From NCBI GenBank assembly GCA_022750055.1, contig JAKIWL010000003.1, positions 55,300 through 119,299 of the forward strand: a stretch of 64,000 nucleotides of DNA, given 5' to 3'. The position numbers were made by a program, and so were the translations under genes. The notes beneath the pieces were generated by a model. The model saw only the letters and a list, made by a program, of their open reading frames with translations, was not told the origin of the DNA and searched no databases. Below are positions 1-10,600 of this stretch, piece by piece (position 1 is the stretch's first letter; each line of letters opens with the position of its first letter). This DNA comes from Thermoplasmata archaeon (GTDB lineage Archaea; Thermoplasmatota; Thermoplasmata; Lutacidiplasmatales; UBA184).

Positions 1-198
1 TACGAGGGAGCCTCCGGAATCGGGTTCCGGCTCGGCTACTTCAGCATGCTCGGAGGGGAGCGATTCGAATCCGACCTGCTCTCCCGGGTCCTCTCGGTCT
101 CGCCCGAGGCGGTCCGAGCGGCCGCCGAGCGCCTGTTTCCAGCCGAGCGGCGCGTCGTGGTCGGCTACGAGCCTTCGCGGGAGGCGCCGAATGCGGGA
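1..198 (+). CDS. M16 (pitrilysin/insulinase) family peptidase, C-terminal fragment truncated at the window edge
   Basis: Frame +1 is open from nt 1 to TGA at 196-198 (…RRVVVGYEPSREAPNAG*), with a typical M16 C-terminal domain ending. The stop overlaps the next M16 gene's ATG by 8 nt (ATGCGGGATGA). Confidence 0.45.
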
Positions 199-1477
199 TG
201 ACAACGACCCGCTGATCGTCCGTCGTTCGGAACGCTCGGACGGACTCGTCGTCGCTCGCCAGGCCCCCCCCGCCTCGACCGCGAGCTGCTCCGCCACGTA
301 CCTCGCCCCTGCCGGATCCGCCTACGACCCCCCGAGCCGGGTCGGTCTCGCGATCATGACCAACCATCTCGTCACCAGCGGGGCCGGGTCCCGCGACCGG
401 GTCACGCTCGCCCGGGACCTGGACCGGCTCGGCGCCACGCTTCAAGCCCACTGCCACCCCGAATCCGCGGAGGTGACCGTGTGGGGTCCGGCGGAGGTGC
501 TGTCGACCCTCCTATCGATACTTGCGGACGTCGTGTTGCGCCCGCGGTTCCGGGGGGAGGACCTGGAGCGGGTCCGTCGCCAACTCTTCGAGCGGCAGAT
601 GCGGGAACTCTCCCAACCGGAGAGCCGCGCCGAGCGCGAGATGCTGCGCGCGGTCTTTCCGACCGGCCACCCGTACCGTGAGACGGGCGCCGGCACCCAC
701 ACCTCCGTCTCCCGGATCGATCGCAACGACCTGATTCGGTTCCACCGGGATCACTTTACCGCTTCCGGCGCCCAGGTAGTCGTTACCTCCCCCCGATCCG
801 GTCCCGCCATCCTTTCGGAGGTGAACCGGCGGTTTCGGGATTTCGAGCGGGAGACCTCCCCACCGATGCCCACTCTCCCGCCGACCCGCCGCGTGTCGGC
901 GACTCCCCATCGGATCGACATGCCCGGTCGTTCGCAAGTGGAGATCCTCCTGGGAGGGGCGTCCATCCCTCGGGACGCTCCCGAATTTGCGGGGGCCTTT
1001 CTCGCGAACGAAGTGCTCGGCGGCCGCCCACTGCTCAGCCGGCTCTTCCAGCGCGTCCGGGAGGCCCACGGGCTCGCCTATCACGCCTCGAGCGAATTGG
1101 AGGCGATGCGTTGGGGTGGGCTGTGGATGGCTCAAGCCGGAACCGGTCCCGAGCGAATCGCCCGGGTCCTCCCGATCTTGAGCTCCGAGCTCGAGCGGAT
1201 CCGGTCGGAACGGGTCGGTTCCGGGGAGCTCGACGAGATACGGGAGAGCGCGATCGGAGAGATCCCGCTCGGCGTGGAGACGACTTCCGGCGCCCACGAC
1301 CTCGCCGTCGAGGTGACCTATTTCGGACTCGCACCGGATTTCTTCCGTCGATGGCCCGCGACGTTGCGGTCCGTCACGCCGAAGGAGATCCAGCGGTCCG
1401 CGGAGGTGGCGATGGACTCCTCGGTTGCCTGCACGGTCATCGCCGGACCCAGCCGGTCGCCCCGCGCGTCTCAATAG
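191..1477 (+). CDS. M16 family peptidase-like protein, probably a non-catalytic partner subunit (no HxxEH zinc motif found)
   Basis: 428-aa ORF with the M16 two-domain architecture and a C-terminal …VIAGPSRSP. It is translationally coupled to the upstream M16 fragment. The lack of an HxxEH inverzincin motif suggests the inactive beta-type subunit. Confidence 0.55.
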   Translation: MRDDNDPLIVRRSERSDGLVVARQAPPASTASCSATYLAPAGSAYDPPSRVGLAIMTNHLVTSGAGSRDRVTLARDLDRLGATLQAHCHPESAEVTVWGPAEVLSTLLSILADVVLRPRFRGEDLERVRRQLFERQMRELSQPESRAEREMLRAVFPTGHPYRETGAGTHTSVSRIDRNDLIRFHRDHFTASGAQVVVTSPRSGPAILSEVNRRFRDFERETSPPMPTLPPTRRVSATPHRIDMPGRSQVEILLGGASIPRDAPEFAGAFLANEVLGGRPLLSRLFQRVREAHGLAYHASSELEAMRWGGLWMAQAGTGPERIARVLPILSSELERIRSERVGSGELDEIRESAIGEIPLGVETTSGAHDLAVEVTYFGLAPDFFRRWPATLRSVTPKEIQRSAEVAMDSSVACTVIAGPSRSPRASQ

Positions 1478-1555
1478 GCCATACGCATAAATACCGCGCG
1501 CCCCGTCAGTACGACGATGCGAGGGGGACGTAAGTACACGAGCGATTCTGGTGCC

Positions 1556-1783
1556 ATGCTCCGCAAGAACATCACGATCACTCCCGAGGAAAACCAGTTC
1601 CTCGAGCGGCACCCCGAGATCAACCAGAGCGCGCTGTTCCGACAGATCGTGGAGAGCATGATGCTCGCGGAGCGGGCTCCGCATGTCGCCTCCGTCTCGA
1701 ACGTCCGGCTCGGCAAGGCGATCTACCGCAGCGGCGCGATCATGTTCCAACGCCCGGGCCGGACCCGAGTCCCGCCGAAGTAG
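1556..1783 (+). CDS. ribbon-helix-helix (CopG/Arc-like) small DNA-binding protein
   Basis: MLRKNITITPEENQFLERHPEINQSALFRQIVESMM has the beta-strand plus helix RHH pattern. The frame is strongly GC3-biased. An ATAAATA TATA-like element at ~1488-1494 sits ~60 nt upstream. Start chosen at the internal ATG 1556 of track ORF 1517..1783. Confidence 0.4.
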   Translation: MLRKNITITPEENQFLERHPEINQSALFRQIVESMMLAERAPHVASVSNVRLGKAIYRSGAIMFQRPGRTRVPPK

Positions 1784-2618
1784 TTCGTTCGGACGCGGGG
1801 CCGACGTCCCGACGGGGCGCGTGGCCCTCCGAGAGGCGGGGCCGCAGGCGTTGCGCCGAGACCTCGAGCGCGTCGGAGGCCCGATGGAAGACATACCCCT
1901 CGGAGCCCGGCGTGAGCGTCCCCGCACTCTCGATCGTCTTCGGGTCGGCGTCGGCGAGGGCGTGTCGCGATAGGATGTGGCCGAACGCCCATCGTCGTTT
2001 CAGAGCGAGGTCCGTGAAGTGGGGAGCGTAGTGCCCACCTCCGACCCCGACGACCACGTGATCCCGCTCGTCCTCCTGTAGGACCGGGAGGATCCGGGCG
2101 AGGGCGCGGGCTGCCTCCGCAGGCGGAGAGTCATCCTCCGCGAATCCGATCTCAGCGAACATCGAGGGCAGGTCCAAGGCCGGTCCATGGTGGGTCGCCT
2201 CGTAGGTGGCCGGCAGGCCGAGCTCGCCGCCCGCCTCGTGCATCCGACGCAGGGCGTCGGTGGCGAGCCGCGGGGCCGCCGGGTTGAGCCGGGCTCGCTC
2301 CCCACCCACCTCCGCCTCCCCGACGTTTCCCAAGGAGTGCACCGTGAAGCAGCGCACCCCCCGTTCGCTTCGATGGACCGAGGGGAAGACGAGCGGAATA
2401 CCGGGCGAGCGGAGGCCGGTCGGTAGGTGGCGGTCGAGGTGCTCGTCGTAAATGTGGAGTCCCGGTCTTCGGAGCAGCAAGACCCCTTGCGCGATCCGGC
2501 GGATCGGGGTACCCTCGACCGACTCGCCCGTCGCCTCACCCGAGGGGAGCCCCTCACCAACGAGCGCCGCCACCGGATCCTTCTCCGAGAGGATGACCAG
2601 GTATCGGGGTGCCGCCAC
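1740..2618 (-). CDS. dtdA: D-aminoacyl-tRNA deacylase, archaeal type (DtdA-like, PF04414-like)
   Basis: The N-terminus MAAPRYLVILSEKDPVAALV resembles the DtdA start (xIAIIGSKxDPASxNI). Internal HSLGN and EATHHGP motifs are present. Length is ~290 aa. It lies immediately downstream of the large aaRS-like gene on the same strand. Confidence 0.5.
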   Translation of the reverse strand: MAAPRYLVILSEKDPVAALVGEGLPSGEATGESVEGTPIRRIAQGVLLLRRPGLHIYDEHLDRHLPTGLRSPGIPLVFPSVHRSERGVRCFTVHSLGNVGEAEVGGERARLNPAAPRLATDALRRMHEAGGELGLPATYEATHHGPALDLPSMFAEIGFAEDDSPPAEAARALARILPVLQEDERDHVVVGVGGGHYAPHFTDLALKRRWAFGHILSRHALADADPKTIESAGTLTPGSEGYVFHRASDALEVSAQRLRPRLSEGHAPRRDVGPASERTTSAGLGSGPGVGT

Positions 2619-2701
2619 TCGATGCTCAATGGCCCGGCTCGGATAACCGTATTCCGGTCACCTCGGGCAGATGACCTCCGGCCGCTCCAGTCCGCGCGGG
2701 C

Positions 2702-5700
2702 CTACGAACTCGAGCCCTGGATGGGAGCGTCGGTGGGACCGTGAAAGTTCCCCGCGATGGTCTGCAGGTCATTAGGGTCCATGAGCCCCGTTCTCAGAGG
2801 GACGAAGATCCGAGCCCCACGGTCGCGGGCGATCTCGTCGATCTTGGAGAGGAACGCGGTGATCCGGGCGATCCCGTGGATGGTCACGAGGTACTCGAGG
2901 CTCTCTAGGAAGATCGCCTTCGCGTCGTGATCGTTGAGTTCCGAACGAATGCCGAACTCGATCCCGTCCAGGTCTCCCGGACGGGCGGTCGGATTCGCCG
3001 GCCCAAGCGGGATGTTCGAGAGCCAGACCACCTGGACCACCCGACTCCCGAGGGCCGCCCGTCGGGCTCCGGGCGGTTCGCGGGTGATGCAAACGCCCCG
3101 GCCCCCACCCAGGGTGAGGTCGAGGAAACTCGACCACGCGCCTTCGGCGTCGCTCCCTCGCCAAACCTCGACCCCGGTCGGCTGCGGCGGCGGAGGTGGG
3201 GCGAGGGGGACCGGACGGGGCTCGAACGGGCTGGGGGTCGGGGGTTCGCGCCGTTCGGGCGAGGGGGCGATCGTGGGCACGACCATCGACGGGGCGGGCG
3301 TGGCGGCTGGGCCGGGGAGTATCGATACCGGCACCCCGGGCGGTGGCGGCGGCGTGATCGGGGTCAGCACCGGCGCGGCGAAGCCCCGCGTGGAGGGGAT
3401 CATCTGAACCTTCGGAGGCTGGACCCGAGGCGGGATCCGCGTTACTCGCACGGGGGGGGGCGAAGGCGGAGCTGCGGGGACCTCGGTCACCGGTATGGGT
3501 GGGGGCGGGACGGCTCGTCGGGCCACGGGGGCCGGCTCCGGTGCGGGGACCGGGAGCGGGGGAGGGATCGCGACGACTGGGGAGGGGGTCTTAGGGACCG
3601 AGCGAATCGGAGGGGCCCGGGGCGCGCGTTCCGGGACCGTCCCTCCATACTGATGAACGATCTCGGCGGCCACGAAATACCCGAATCCAGGGAGCTCGGC
3701 GATCTTTTCGAACGGAGCCGAACGGAATTCATCGACCGTACGAAAGCCGGCGTCCCACGCGGCGGCCATCTTGGCCGGACCCAGCAAGGGCCGTCCGACG
3801 TCGGCCGCTAGCTGGTCGGAGAGCTCCAGGATCGAATCGTAGCGCTTCAGGCCCGCCTCGTCGAGTTCGAGCTCCGCGTCGGGCTCCTTGGGTGCGATCC
3901 GGCGCACCCGGGCCCCCCTCGGGCGGGCTTTCGGATTCTTCAGCCGATGCGCTCCGAGCGCCACGCCGGGGATCCAGACGGCCCATCGGTCCCCGCGTCG
4001 AGTCCGCCCGGTGGATCGCTCGGCCAGGGGAAACCGGATGTCGTCTGCTACGAGCTCGAACCGCCCGCAGCGAAGATGCGTCGCGAGCGCGGCGGCGTGG
4101 TGTCCGAGCTCGATCGCGAGCGCCCCGGTCGCCGCGGCGAGGATGCGCTCGGGGGGGGCTTGGAGCCCGGCCCGCCGCAGGCGCTGTCGGATATGCCGGA
4201 TGACCGCGAGACCGTCCAGGGAGAGCGACGGCAGGCTGCCGTGGGCGCTCTCGGTCGGGTCGACGAGCAGGATCTCGCCATCGCGCCAGGGCACCGGGAT
4301 GACGCATTCGGGAAGCGACTCCATGAACTCGAGCATCCCCGGCAGGATCTTCACGGTCTGGCCGTCCAGTACGACGTTCAGGGAGCCGTTGCGCATTCCC
4401 TCCATCGCCTTGCGGCCCGAAAAGCGCTCGAGGAGGTGCAGGATCCGCCCGGTCCGGCTCCCGTAGACCCGTTGGATCTCGGCGGGAACGGGTCGGGCCT
4501 CGATCCGCCGACCCGACCAGGCGTGATTGGGGGAGTCGATCTCGATCTGGCCGGTTCGGCCCACGCGCGCGAGCACAGGGGCGACCTGCTGAAGCTCCGC
4601 TGCGAGGGCGTCGTCCCCGACGAGCAAGACCACACGGGGGAGGATGGAGTCCGCCGGTAAGCCGACCTGTCGGCGGGCCGAGCGGAGCGCTCCGGCAAAT
4701 TCCACCCATCGGTCGAACTCCTTCTCCCGTTCCGCGTCGACCAGCACGTCGCCGATCGCGGTCAGCCTGCGTTCGAAGAGGGACGGGGAGTCCGGCCGGA
4801 AGGCCTGGGCGATCGCCTCCGACGTGAAGGGAGCGATCGGTGCATACTGCTCCACCCACAGGTAGACGACCCGCGCGAGGACCTGACAGGTGGCGGCGCG
4901 CACCGACGGAGACGACGAGGGAAGGAGTCGGGTCCGGGCGAGCGGCAGATACCCGGTACCGACATCCTGTTCCATGAAGCGAGAGAGACGGTCGAGGGCG
5001 CCCTGGAAATCGAGCGCTTCAAACAGCACCCGCACCTCGTTGCGGACTCGTTCGAATCGAGACAGGAGCGCCCGGTCCTCGTCCGGAAGCTCGGTGAGAT
5101 GCTCGATCGAGTAGGCGATCTCGACATGGACCCCGTCCGACTCCATCGTTTCGAGGACGTGGCGGGCCAGCTGCCAGAGCTTGCGGAGTCGCCTCGACTC
5201 GTGCCGGAAGCGGTCGGAGAGGTGACTCGGGCGAAGCGACGGGTTCGTCGCTCGGATCAACGAGGCTCGAAGGGCGTCCGCGCAACCCCCCGCCGACAGA
5301 AGCTCGGCGTCGCTGTCGGTGGCCATCGTCGGGAGTCGGACGAGCTTCAAATCGCCTGGCCGCACTCCGGCGGCCTCTCGGGCGATCAGATGGTGGAGGA
5401 GCGTCGGAACGCGACGCCGGTCCGGGACGAACAGCTGAGCACTCTCCGATGCCCCCACCTCCGCCCACACGGCCAAGGCCCCAGAGATGGCGGGCAGCAG
5501 GTCCCGACGAACCGGGTGCAGGGCCGTGGCCCCGCATGGGCAGCGTTCGTCGAAGGAGGGGGCGTGGAGGCGGTCGCATGAGTCGCATTCGAGGAGCACG
5601 GGAGCCGATGCCTCATGGCTCTCGACCGTCTCGCTCACGGGCCACGGAACCACATCCCGGGCCGGTGGCAGCGAATCGTCCGGGAGGAGGCGGGCGAACT

Positions 5701-6883
5701 CCCGCTCGATCGGCGCAGGCAACCTCGCCATCTCCACGCACCACGCTCGGCCCGGAAGCCAGATGAGGCTCGAGCCGCAGATCGAACAGTGTGGGACGCC
5801 GCGTCGGACCGTCAGTTCGGCAAAGATGAGGCCGGACTCCTTCAGGTCCCGAAGGACGAATGCATCGGCCGCTTCGAGGGGCAGTCCCGTGTACTTGTGG
5901 CGGGGCTCCGGCCGCACGATCCCCCCGGGCGTGACTACGAGCGGCCCGTCGACCCTCAGAGCGGCGGCCGCCTGGGAATCGGCGGCGCCATGCCGTGGAA
6001 CCAATCCGACGATCCCGGTACCCGAGTCGCCCACCTCGCTCGAAGCGAGGACCGTGCCCGCCGGGGGCGTCAGATTCGCGAGCGGCGGACACTCCGTGAG
6101 CAGTGGGTGTACGTACGCGGTCCCGGAGAGCTCACCGCCGGGTCGCTCTTCCAAGACCTCGACCTCGCAACCCGGGAGCCACTCCTTCAGTCTCGGGATC
6201 GCCGATCTGGCAAGAACGATCCGCTCGACCCCGCCCCGCCGTCGGTAGACCGCCGTCACGTACGGGAGGTCCGGGCTGACGAGCACGGCCGACGTCCCGA
6301 GCAGCTTCCACGGATTGTCCGTCCAGACGAGCAGGCTCGTAGGCTGACTCGAGTCCCGGATCGGGAATCGGACGAGGTACGCCGGGCCGCGCTCCGATTG
6401 ATACACGATCGTCTCGGGGGTCCTCGGGGTCTCACACTGCGGGCAGGAGCGGAACGGGAACCCCCGCGCGGCCAGGATCCCCGATTTCGCGAGGCTTTCG
6501 AGCATCCGTTGCCGTTGTGCCGCGCCCTCGGGGGTCGAGAATCCGATGGGTACCCCGTCCGCCGTCCACGCCGCGACTGCTTCGATGGCCGCTCGGGCGA
6601 AGTCGAGCGTAGGGGCGGCGACGCGGGGTCGTTCCGGGACCAGACCGACGGCCCGACGACCGGTCATGGCGAGGTAGCGAGCCTCCACGTCGGCGCTGAC
6701 GAACCGGACCAGCCGGTCGAGGGGGGCCTCGGTCTCCCCGATCGGCCCGAAGAGCTGCCGAACAATCGCCCCGCCCACCGGTCCGACCGTGCCCGGGCTC
6801 GGGGGCAGCCCGCGCGTTGACCAGAGCGCGCGGGTGCTGGCTTCGATGGCGGCTGGGTCGTAGACCGCCGGAAGTATCGGCAT
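2702..6883 (-). CDS. 1393-aa multidomain protein: degenerate class Ia aminoacyl-tRNA synthetase (Ile/Val/Leu-type) paralog, then HhH motif, Pro-rich linker and C-terminal DUF835 domain
   Basis: N-terminus [14 protein letters not shown] is followed by [32 protein letters not shown], which aligns to the P-x-x-N/TG-x-x-HxGH…RY region with both His replaced. The editing-domain signatures CPQCETP and [24 protein letters not shown] (WTTTPWTL-like) and [21 protein letters not shown] are present. KLVRL sits where KMSKS is expected, and an anticodon-binding-type helical region follows ([13 protein letters not shown]…[10 protein letters not shown]). After these come an HhH-like [20 protein letters not shown], a ~150-aa Pro-rich segment (nt ~3165-3620), and a C-terminus with DUF835 hallmarks ([36 protein letters not shown]…IFVPL). 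GC3 was sampled by hand at 4501-4560 and came to 17/20. Confidence 0.7.
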   Translation of the reverse strand: MPILPAVYDPAAIEASTRALWSTRGLPPSPGTVGPVGGAIVRQLFGPIGETEAPLDRLVRFVSADVEARYLAMTGRRAVGLVPERPRVAAPTLDFARAAIEAVAAWTADGVPIGFSTPEGAAQRQRMLESLAKSGILAARGFPFRSCPQCETPRTPETIVYQSERGPAYLVRFPIRDSSQPTSLLVWTDNPWKLLGTSAVLVSPDLPYVTAVYRRRGGVERIVLARSAIPRLKEWLPGCEVEVLEERPGGELSGTAYVHPLLTECPPLANLTPPAGTVLASSEVGDSGTGIVGLVPRHGAADSQAAAALRVDGPLVVTPGGIVRPEPRHKYTGLPLEAADAFVLRDLKESGLIFAELTVRRGVPHCSICGSSLIWLPGRAWCVEMARLPAPIEREFARLLPDDSLPPARDVVPWPVSETVESHEASAPVLLECDSCDRLHAPSFDERCPCGATALHPVRRDLLPAISGALAVWAEVGASESAQLFVPDRRRVPTLLHHLIAREAAGVRPGDLKLVRLPTMATDSDAELLSAGGCADALRASLIRATNPSLRPSHLSDRFRHESRRLRKLWQLARHVLETMESDGVHVEIAYSIEHLTELPDEDRALLSRFERVRNEVRVLFEALDFQGALDRLSRFMEQDVGTGYLPLARTRLLPSSSPSVRAATCQVLARVVYLWVEQYAPIAPFTSEAIAQAFRPDSPSLFERRLTAIGDVLVDAEREKEFDRWVEFAGALRSARRQVGLPADSILPRVVLLVGDDALAAELQQVAPVLARVGRTGQIEIDSPNHAWSGRRIEARPVPAEIQRVYGSRTGRILHLLERFSGRKAMEGMRNGSLNVVLDGQTVKILPGMLEFMESLPECVIPVPWRDGEILLVDPTESAHGSLPSLSLDGLAVIRHIRQRLRRAGLQAPPERILAAATGALAIELGHHAAALATHLRCGRFELVADDIRFPLAERSTGRTRRGDRWAVWIPGVALGAHRLKNPKARPRGARVRRIAPKEPDAELELDEAGLKRYDSILELSDQLAADVGRPLLGPAKMAAAWDAGFRTVDEFRSAPFEKIAELPGFGYFVAAEIVHQYGGTVPERAPRAPPIRSVPKTPSPVVAIPPPLPVPAPEPAPVARRAVPPPPIPVTEVPAAPPSPPPVRVTRIPPRVQPPKVQMIPSTRGFAAPVLTPITPPPPPGVPVSILPGPAATPAPSMVVPTIAPSPERREPPTPSPFEPRPVPLAPPPPPQPTGVEVWRGSDAEGAWSSFLDLTLGGGRGVCITREPPGARRAALGSRVVQVVWLSNIPLGPANPTARPGDLDGIEFGIRSELNDHDAKAIFLESLEYLVTIHGIARITAFLSKIDEIARDRGARIFVPLRTGLMDPNDLQTIAGNFHGPTDAPIQGSSS

Positions 6884-7034
6884 GCGTCGGAGGGGCCGGG
6901 TCGCGAGCTCGACCCACCCTCCGAGGAAATTGATGGGAAAGGCGCTCGATAAACCTTGTCAGTCGACGGGCAACGAACTCTGCCGGCAACCCTTATCAAT
7001 CGCGCCGCGTCCCCGCGGTCGAGAGGCTTCGCGA

Positions 7035-7421
7035 ATGGCGTGGACTCAAGCGGAGGTCCGCGAACTCAAGGAGGGCCGATACATGCTGATCGAAGAGGAG
7101 CCGTGCCGGATCATCAGCATCCAAACCTCGAAACCTGGGAAGCATGGCGAGGCCAAGGCCCGGATCGACGCCGTCGGCATCTTTGACGGGTCGAAGCGCA
7201 GCGTAGTCTATCCGGTCAAGCACAAGGTTCAGGTGCCGATGATCGGCAAGAAGTCGGCCCAGGTCCTGTCTCTCACGGACGCCGAGGTCCAGCTCATGGA
7301 CCTCGAAACGTACGAGACCTTCTCGCTCCCCCTAGACGCCGACCTGAAGGGCCAGCTGTCCCCCGGCACCGAGATCCAGTACCTGGACGCGATGGGCAAG
7401 CGCCGAATCACACGGCCCTAG
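7035..7421 (+). CDS. eif5a: translation initiation factor 5A (aIF-5A)
   Basis: Hypusination loop [13 protein letters not shown]. Start set at the internal ATG 7035 ([27 protein letters not shown]), giving the typical ~128 aa. The upstream part of the track ORF is low-complexity. Confidence 0.85.
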   Translation: MAWTQAEVRELKEGRYMLIEEEPCRIISIQTSKPGKHGEAKARIDAVGIFDGSKRSVVYPVKHKVQVPMIGKKSAQVLSLTDAEVQLMDLETYETFSLPLDADLKGQLSPGTEIQYLDAMGKRRITRP

Positions 7422-7653
7422 GCTCGGGTATTGCCCTGTCCAGAACGGACCGCGCCGACTCGACCCCGCGAGCGAACTCCCTCGGTCCCGGTCTCCACCG
7501 GATCCGGCTGGGGCCGGTCCTGGGACCGGATTCCCGTCGGAACCGACGAGCGCGCCCGACGCAAAAGGGAATAAGCCGGGGCTCGCATGATTCGAGCGGC
7601 CTCTTGGCCGCTATCACAACCGGATCCGGTCCAAGGGTCGGGGGAGACGAACA

Positions 7654-10600
7654 ATGACCGGGTCGGGCGGCATGGGAACGATGCCCTCCTCCCGCCTGAC
7701 CCGACTCCTTCAGGAGAAGGCCGAGGCGCTCAGGAAGCGTCGTCAGATCGCGGAGGCCGCGACCGAACAGTCGGAGGGTCGGCTGCGGTTGCTCGCCGAG
7801 GTCGGCGTGGAGCTGCCCGAGACCGCCGCTCGTCAGGAGCGAATCCGGGATTGGCAGCGCAAGTCCGATTGGGAGGCCTCGGACGTCGAGGCGCAATCGC
7901 TCACCCAGTACATCGATGCAACCGCCCCCGAGGCCGTGAGCGTCCGGCGTCACGAATTGTTGGACCGTGTCGAGAGCCTTCGCGCGGCCGGCAGTGCGGT
8001 ACCCCCCGAGTTGGACGAGCTCCTCTCGGAAGTGCGAGAGCTCACGTTTCGCACCGATCTCCTCACCGAGATCACCACCCTCGCCCGGTTCGCGACGTTG
8101 GTTAGGGGGGTCCAGGAGGGCCTGGCGAACGGGGCTCGCCGCCAGGTCATGGCGGTCGCCCGCTGGGTCGGCGTGCCCGCCGACGAAGCGGCCGAGATCG
8201 ACCGGCGAATTTCCGAGATACTGCCCGCCCCGGATGCGGGCCCCTCCGCGGATTGGGTCGACCGACTCCAGGCGGCGATCCCCGAACTGATCCCCGCCGC
8301 GGTGGCGAGGCGCGAGCGAAGCCGGGCGGAGGCGGAAGCGGTGGTGACGCTCGGACGGGACATCGGCCTCGCGGTCGTCGAGCTGGAGGAGGCCCTCGCC
8401 GCCGATGCACGGGCCGCTCCGTCCCAGTGGGGGGAGACCGTACCGAGCGTCGAGCAGGCGACGTCCCGGGTCCGCTCAGAACTTCGCGGCCGGGTGAGCC
8501 AGGTCCTCGGCTACCTCACGACCACGTTGGATTCACTCCCGGAGCACGGGGCCGACCCGGGCGATGCGGTTGCGGAGATCGCCCGAATCCAGGCCCAGGT
8601 CGAGACCGCGGGCGTGATGGAGCTCGGTCCGCTGCTCCAGCGGGCGCGCGAGACCGCCGAGGAGCCGATCGTCTCGGTGGTCGCCGGGTTGCTCGATGAG
8701 GTTCGGCCCAAGCTCGTCGAGGCGCGTGAACTCGGGCGCGACCCGAGCGAGGTGTTCGCTTCCATGAACCGAGCGCGCGAGGCGCTCCGGCTGAAGATCT
8801 ATGGCGAGGCCCTCGCGGCGAGCGTCGAGGCGATCGACCGGGTCAGCCAGCTGACCTCGGACCTGGACGCGGCGCGAGAGGAAGCCGAAGCCCTCGGCCG
8901 ACTCCTCGGCCGGCTGGAGACGTTGAAGGTCTCGGTCGTTCCCTTCCGCGCCGCGCTCGCGGAGGTGACGGCCCAGCTCGACCACTTCACGATCGACCGA
9001 GCCCGCGCCACCCTACGGGACACGGTGCGCGCCCTCGGTCGAGAGACCGCCCGGTACTTCGGAGCGGAGATCCAGCGACTGACCGCCGCCGCCGACACGG
9101 CGCGGCAGCGGGGATTCCTGCCCGAGGGCGTCCCTGACGACCTGGAGAAGGCCCAGCATCACATCGACGCGGGGGCGCTTCCGGAGGCCGGCGAGGCGAT
9201 CGCCCAAGTGGACGTGCGACTGCGTACCGCGGCAGGCCCGTACATCTCCCGGCGGGTCGAGGAGATGCGCCGGGGGTTCGAGGAGATCCGGGATCCGGAC
9301 CTCTCCATCAGCACCCTGCGCTCGCTCGCGGATTCCGATATCGCCCTGCGGGTGAAGGAAGACCTGACCCAATCGCTAGAGAGCCTTCGGCAGGCGGAGC
9401 GCGAGTTTTCGGCCGCGTTCGCGGTCGAGTCCTCCTCCCTCCTCGAGGCGCTCGAGGAACGCCAGCGGGTCCTAGAGGAGATGGGCGGAGCCGGGTCGGA
9501 GTTCCTTCGTCAGACCGACGAGATCCAGCAGATATTCGACATGGGCGATTTCGTGAAGTGCGCGCTCGCGGCCCGCGAATTCCTCACCTCGACCGAGGAG
9601 GTCCAGAAATCTCGGGCCGAGGAGGGGATCTCCCACGCAAAGCTCGACCTCGTCGAGATCGACCAATTTGGGCTCGCCAAGGCAGAGCTCACGAAGCAGT
9701 TCGAATCCGCCCAGCAAGACCTCGCGGCGGGGCGGTTGGTCGAGGCCTACCGGGGCGGGCTGAGCGTCCACTCGGGAGCGGAGAAGGTCCTCGGCGGCGC
9801 CCGGCCCGCGGCCGCGCTGCTCACCCAGTCGAAGGAACGGCTCCTCCAGATCGAACAGAGCGGGACCGACACCGGTGGTTTCCAGGATGAGGTGACGGCG
9901 GCCGAGGCTGCCTTCCGGTCCCTCGATTTCGAGGGGGTGCGCGCGCACCTCGGACGCCTGCAAGAACGCCTCGACCGGGCCGCCCAGGCGGAAGAGGTCC
10001 GCCGGATACTCGGCGAGTCAGACCAGCTCGCGGCCGATGCGACCCGCCTGGGGATCGCGGTCGAGGGGATCGAAGCGAAGCTCACGGAGGCGCGAGGCAG
10101 CCTCGGGGCCGCGGGGGGTCTGGAGGCACGGGCCCTTGCCTACGAGGCCCACCAGGCACTCGTCCAGACGCTGCGGCCGGTCCTGGAGGAGAACCTAAAA
10201 TCCGTCGAGCAGGACTTCGAGATCGCTCGTCGTTTGGGGGTCGACATGGGGCCGTTGTCCGGCCTCCTGTCCGACGCCCGCGGTCGACTCTTCCTCCCCG
10301 TCCCGCTGGGCGCCGCCGATCTGATCGAGAACGCCCGAGGGCAGCTGTCCCAGACCCGCGGCCTCGTGGAACATGCCGAGCGCAGCGCGAAGCGGGTCGA
10401 GGAGGCGTTTGGCCAGGCCGAATTGTTGCGGCTGGCGACGCCGGCCATGCGAACCCGGGTCGAAACGCTCGAGCACCAACTGTCCGAACGCCAGTTCGCG
10501 CGCACCGTCGAGACCGCCGGCCCGCTCGAACAGGAGATCCTTCAAACCACGACCCTTCACCTCACCCGGACGATCGCCGGCCTGCAGGGCCTCGTGGTGC

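Noticed and set aside
512-1927. 471-aa minus-strand ORF over the M16 peptidase genes
   Set aside because: Antisense artefact. The plus-strand M16 genes have family architecture and a coupled 8-nt start/stop overlap.
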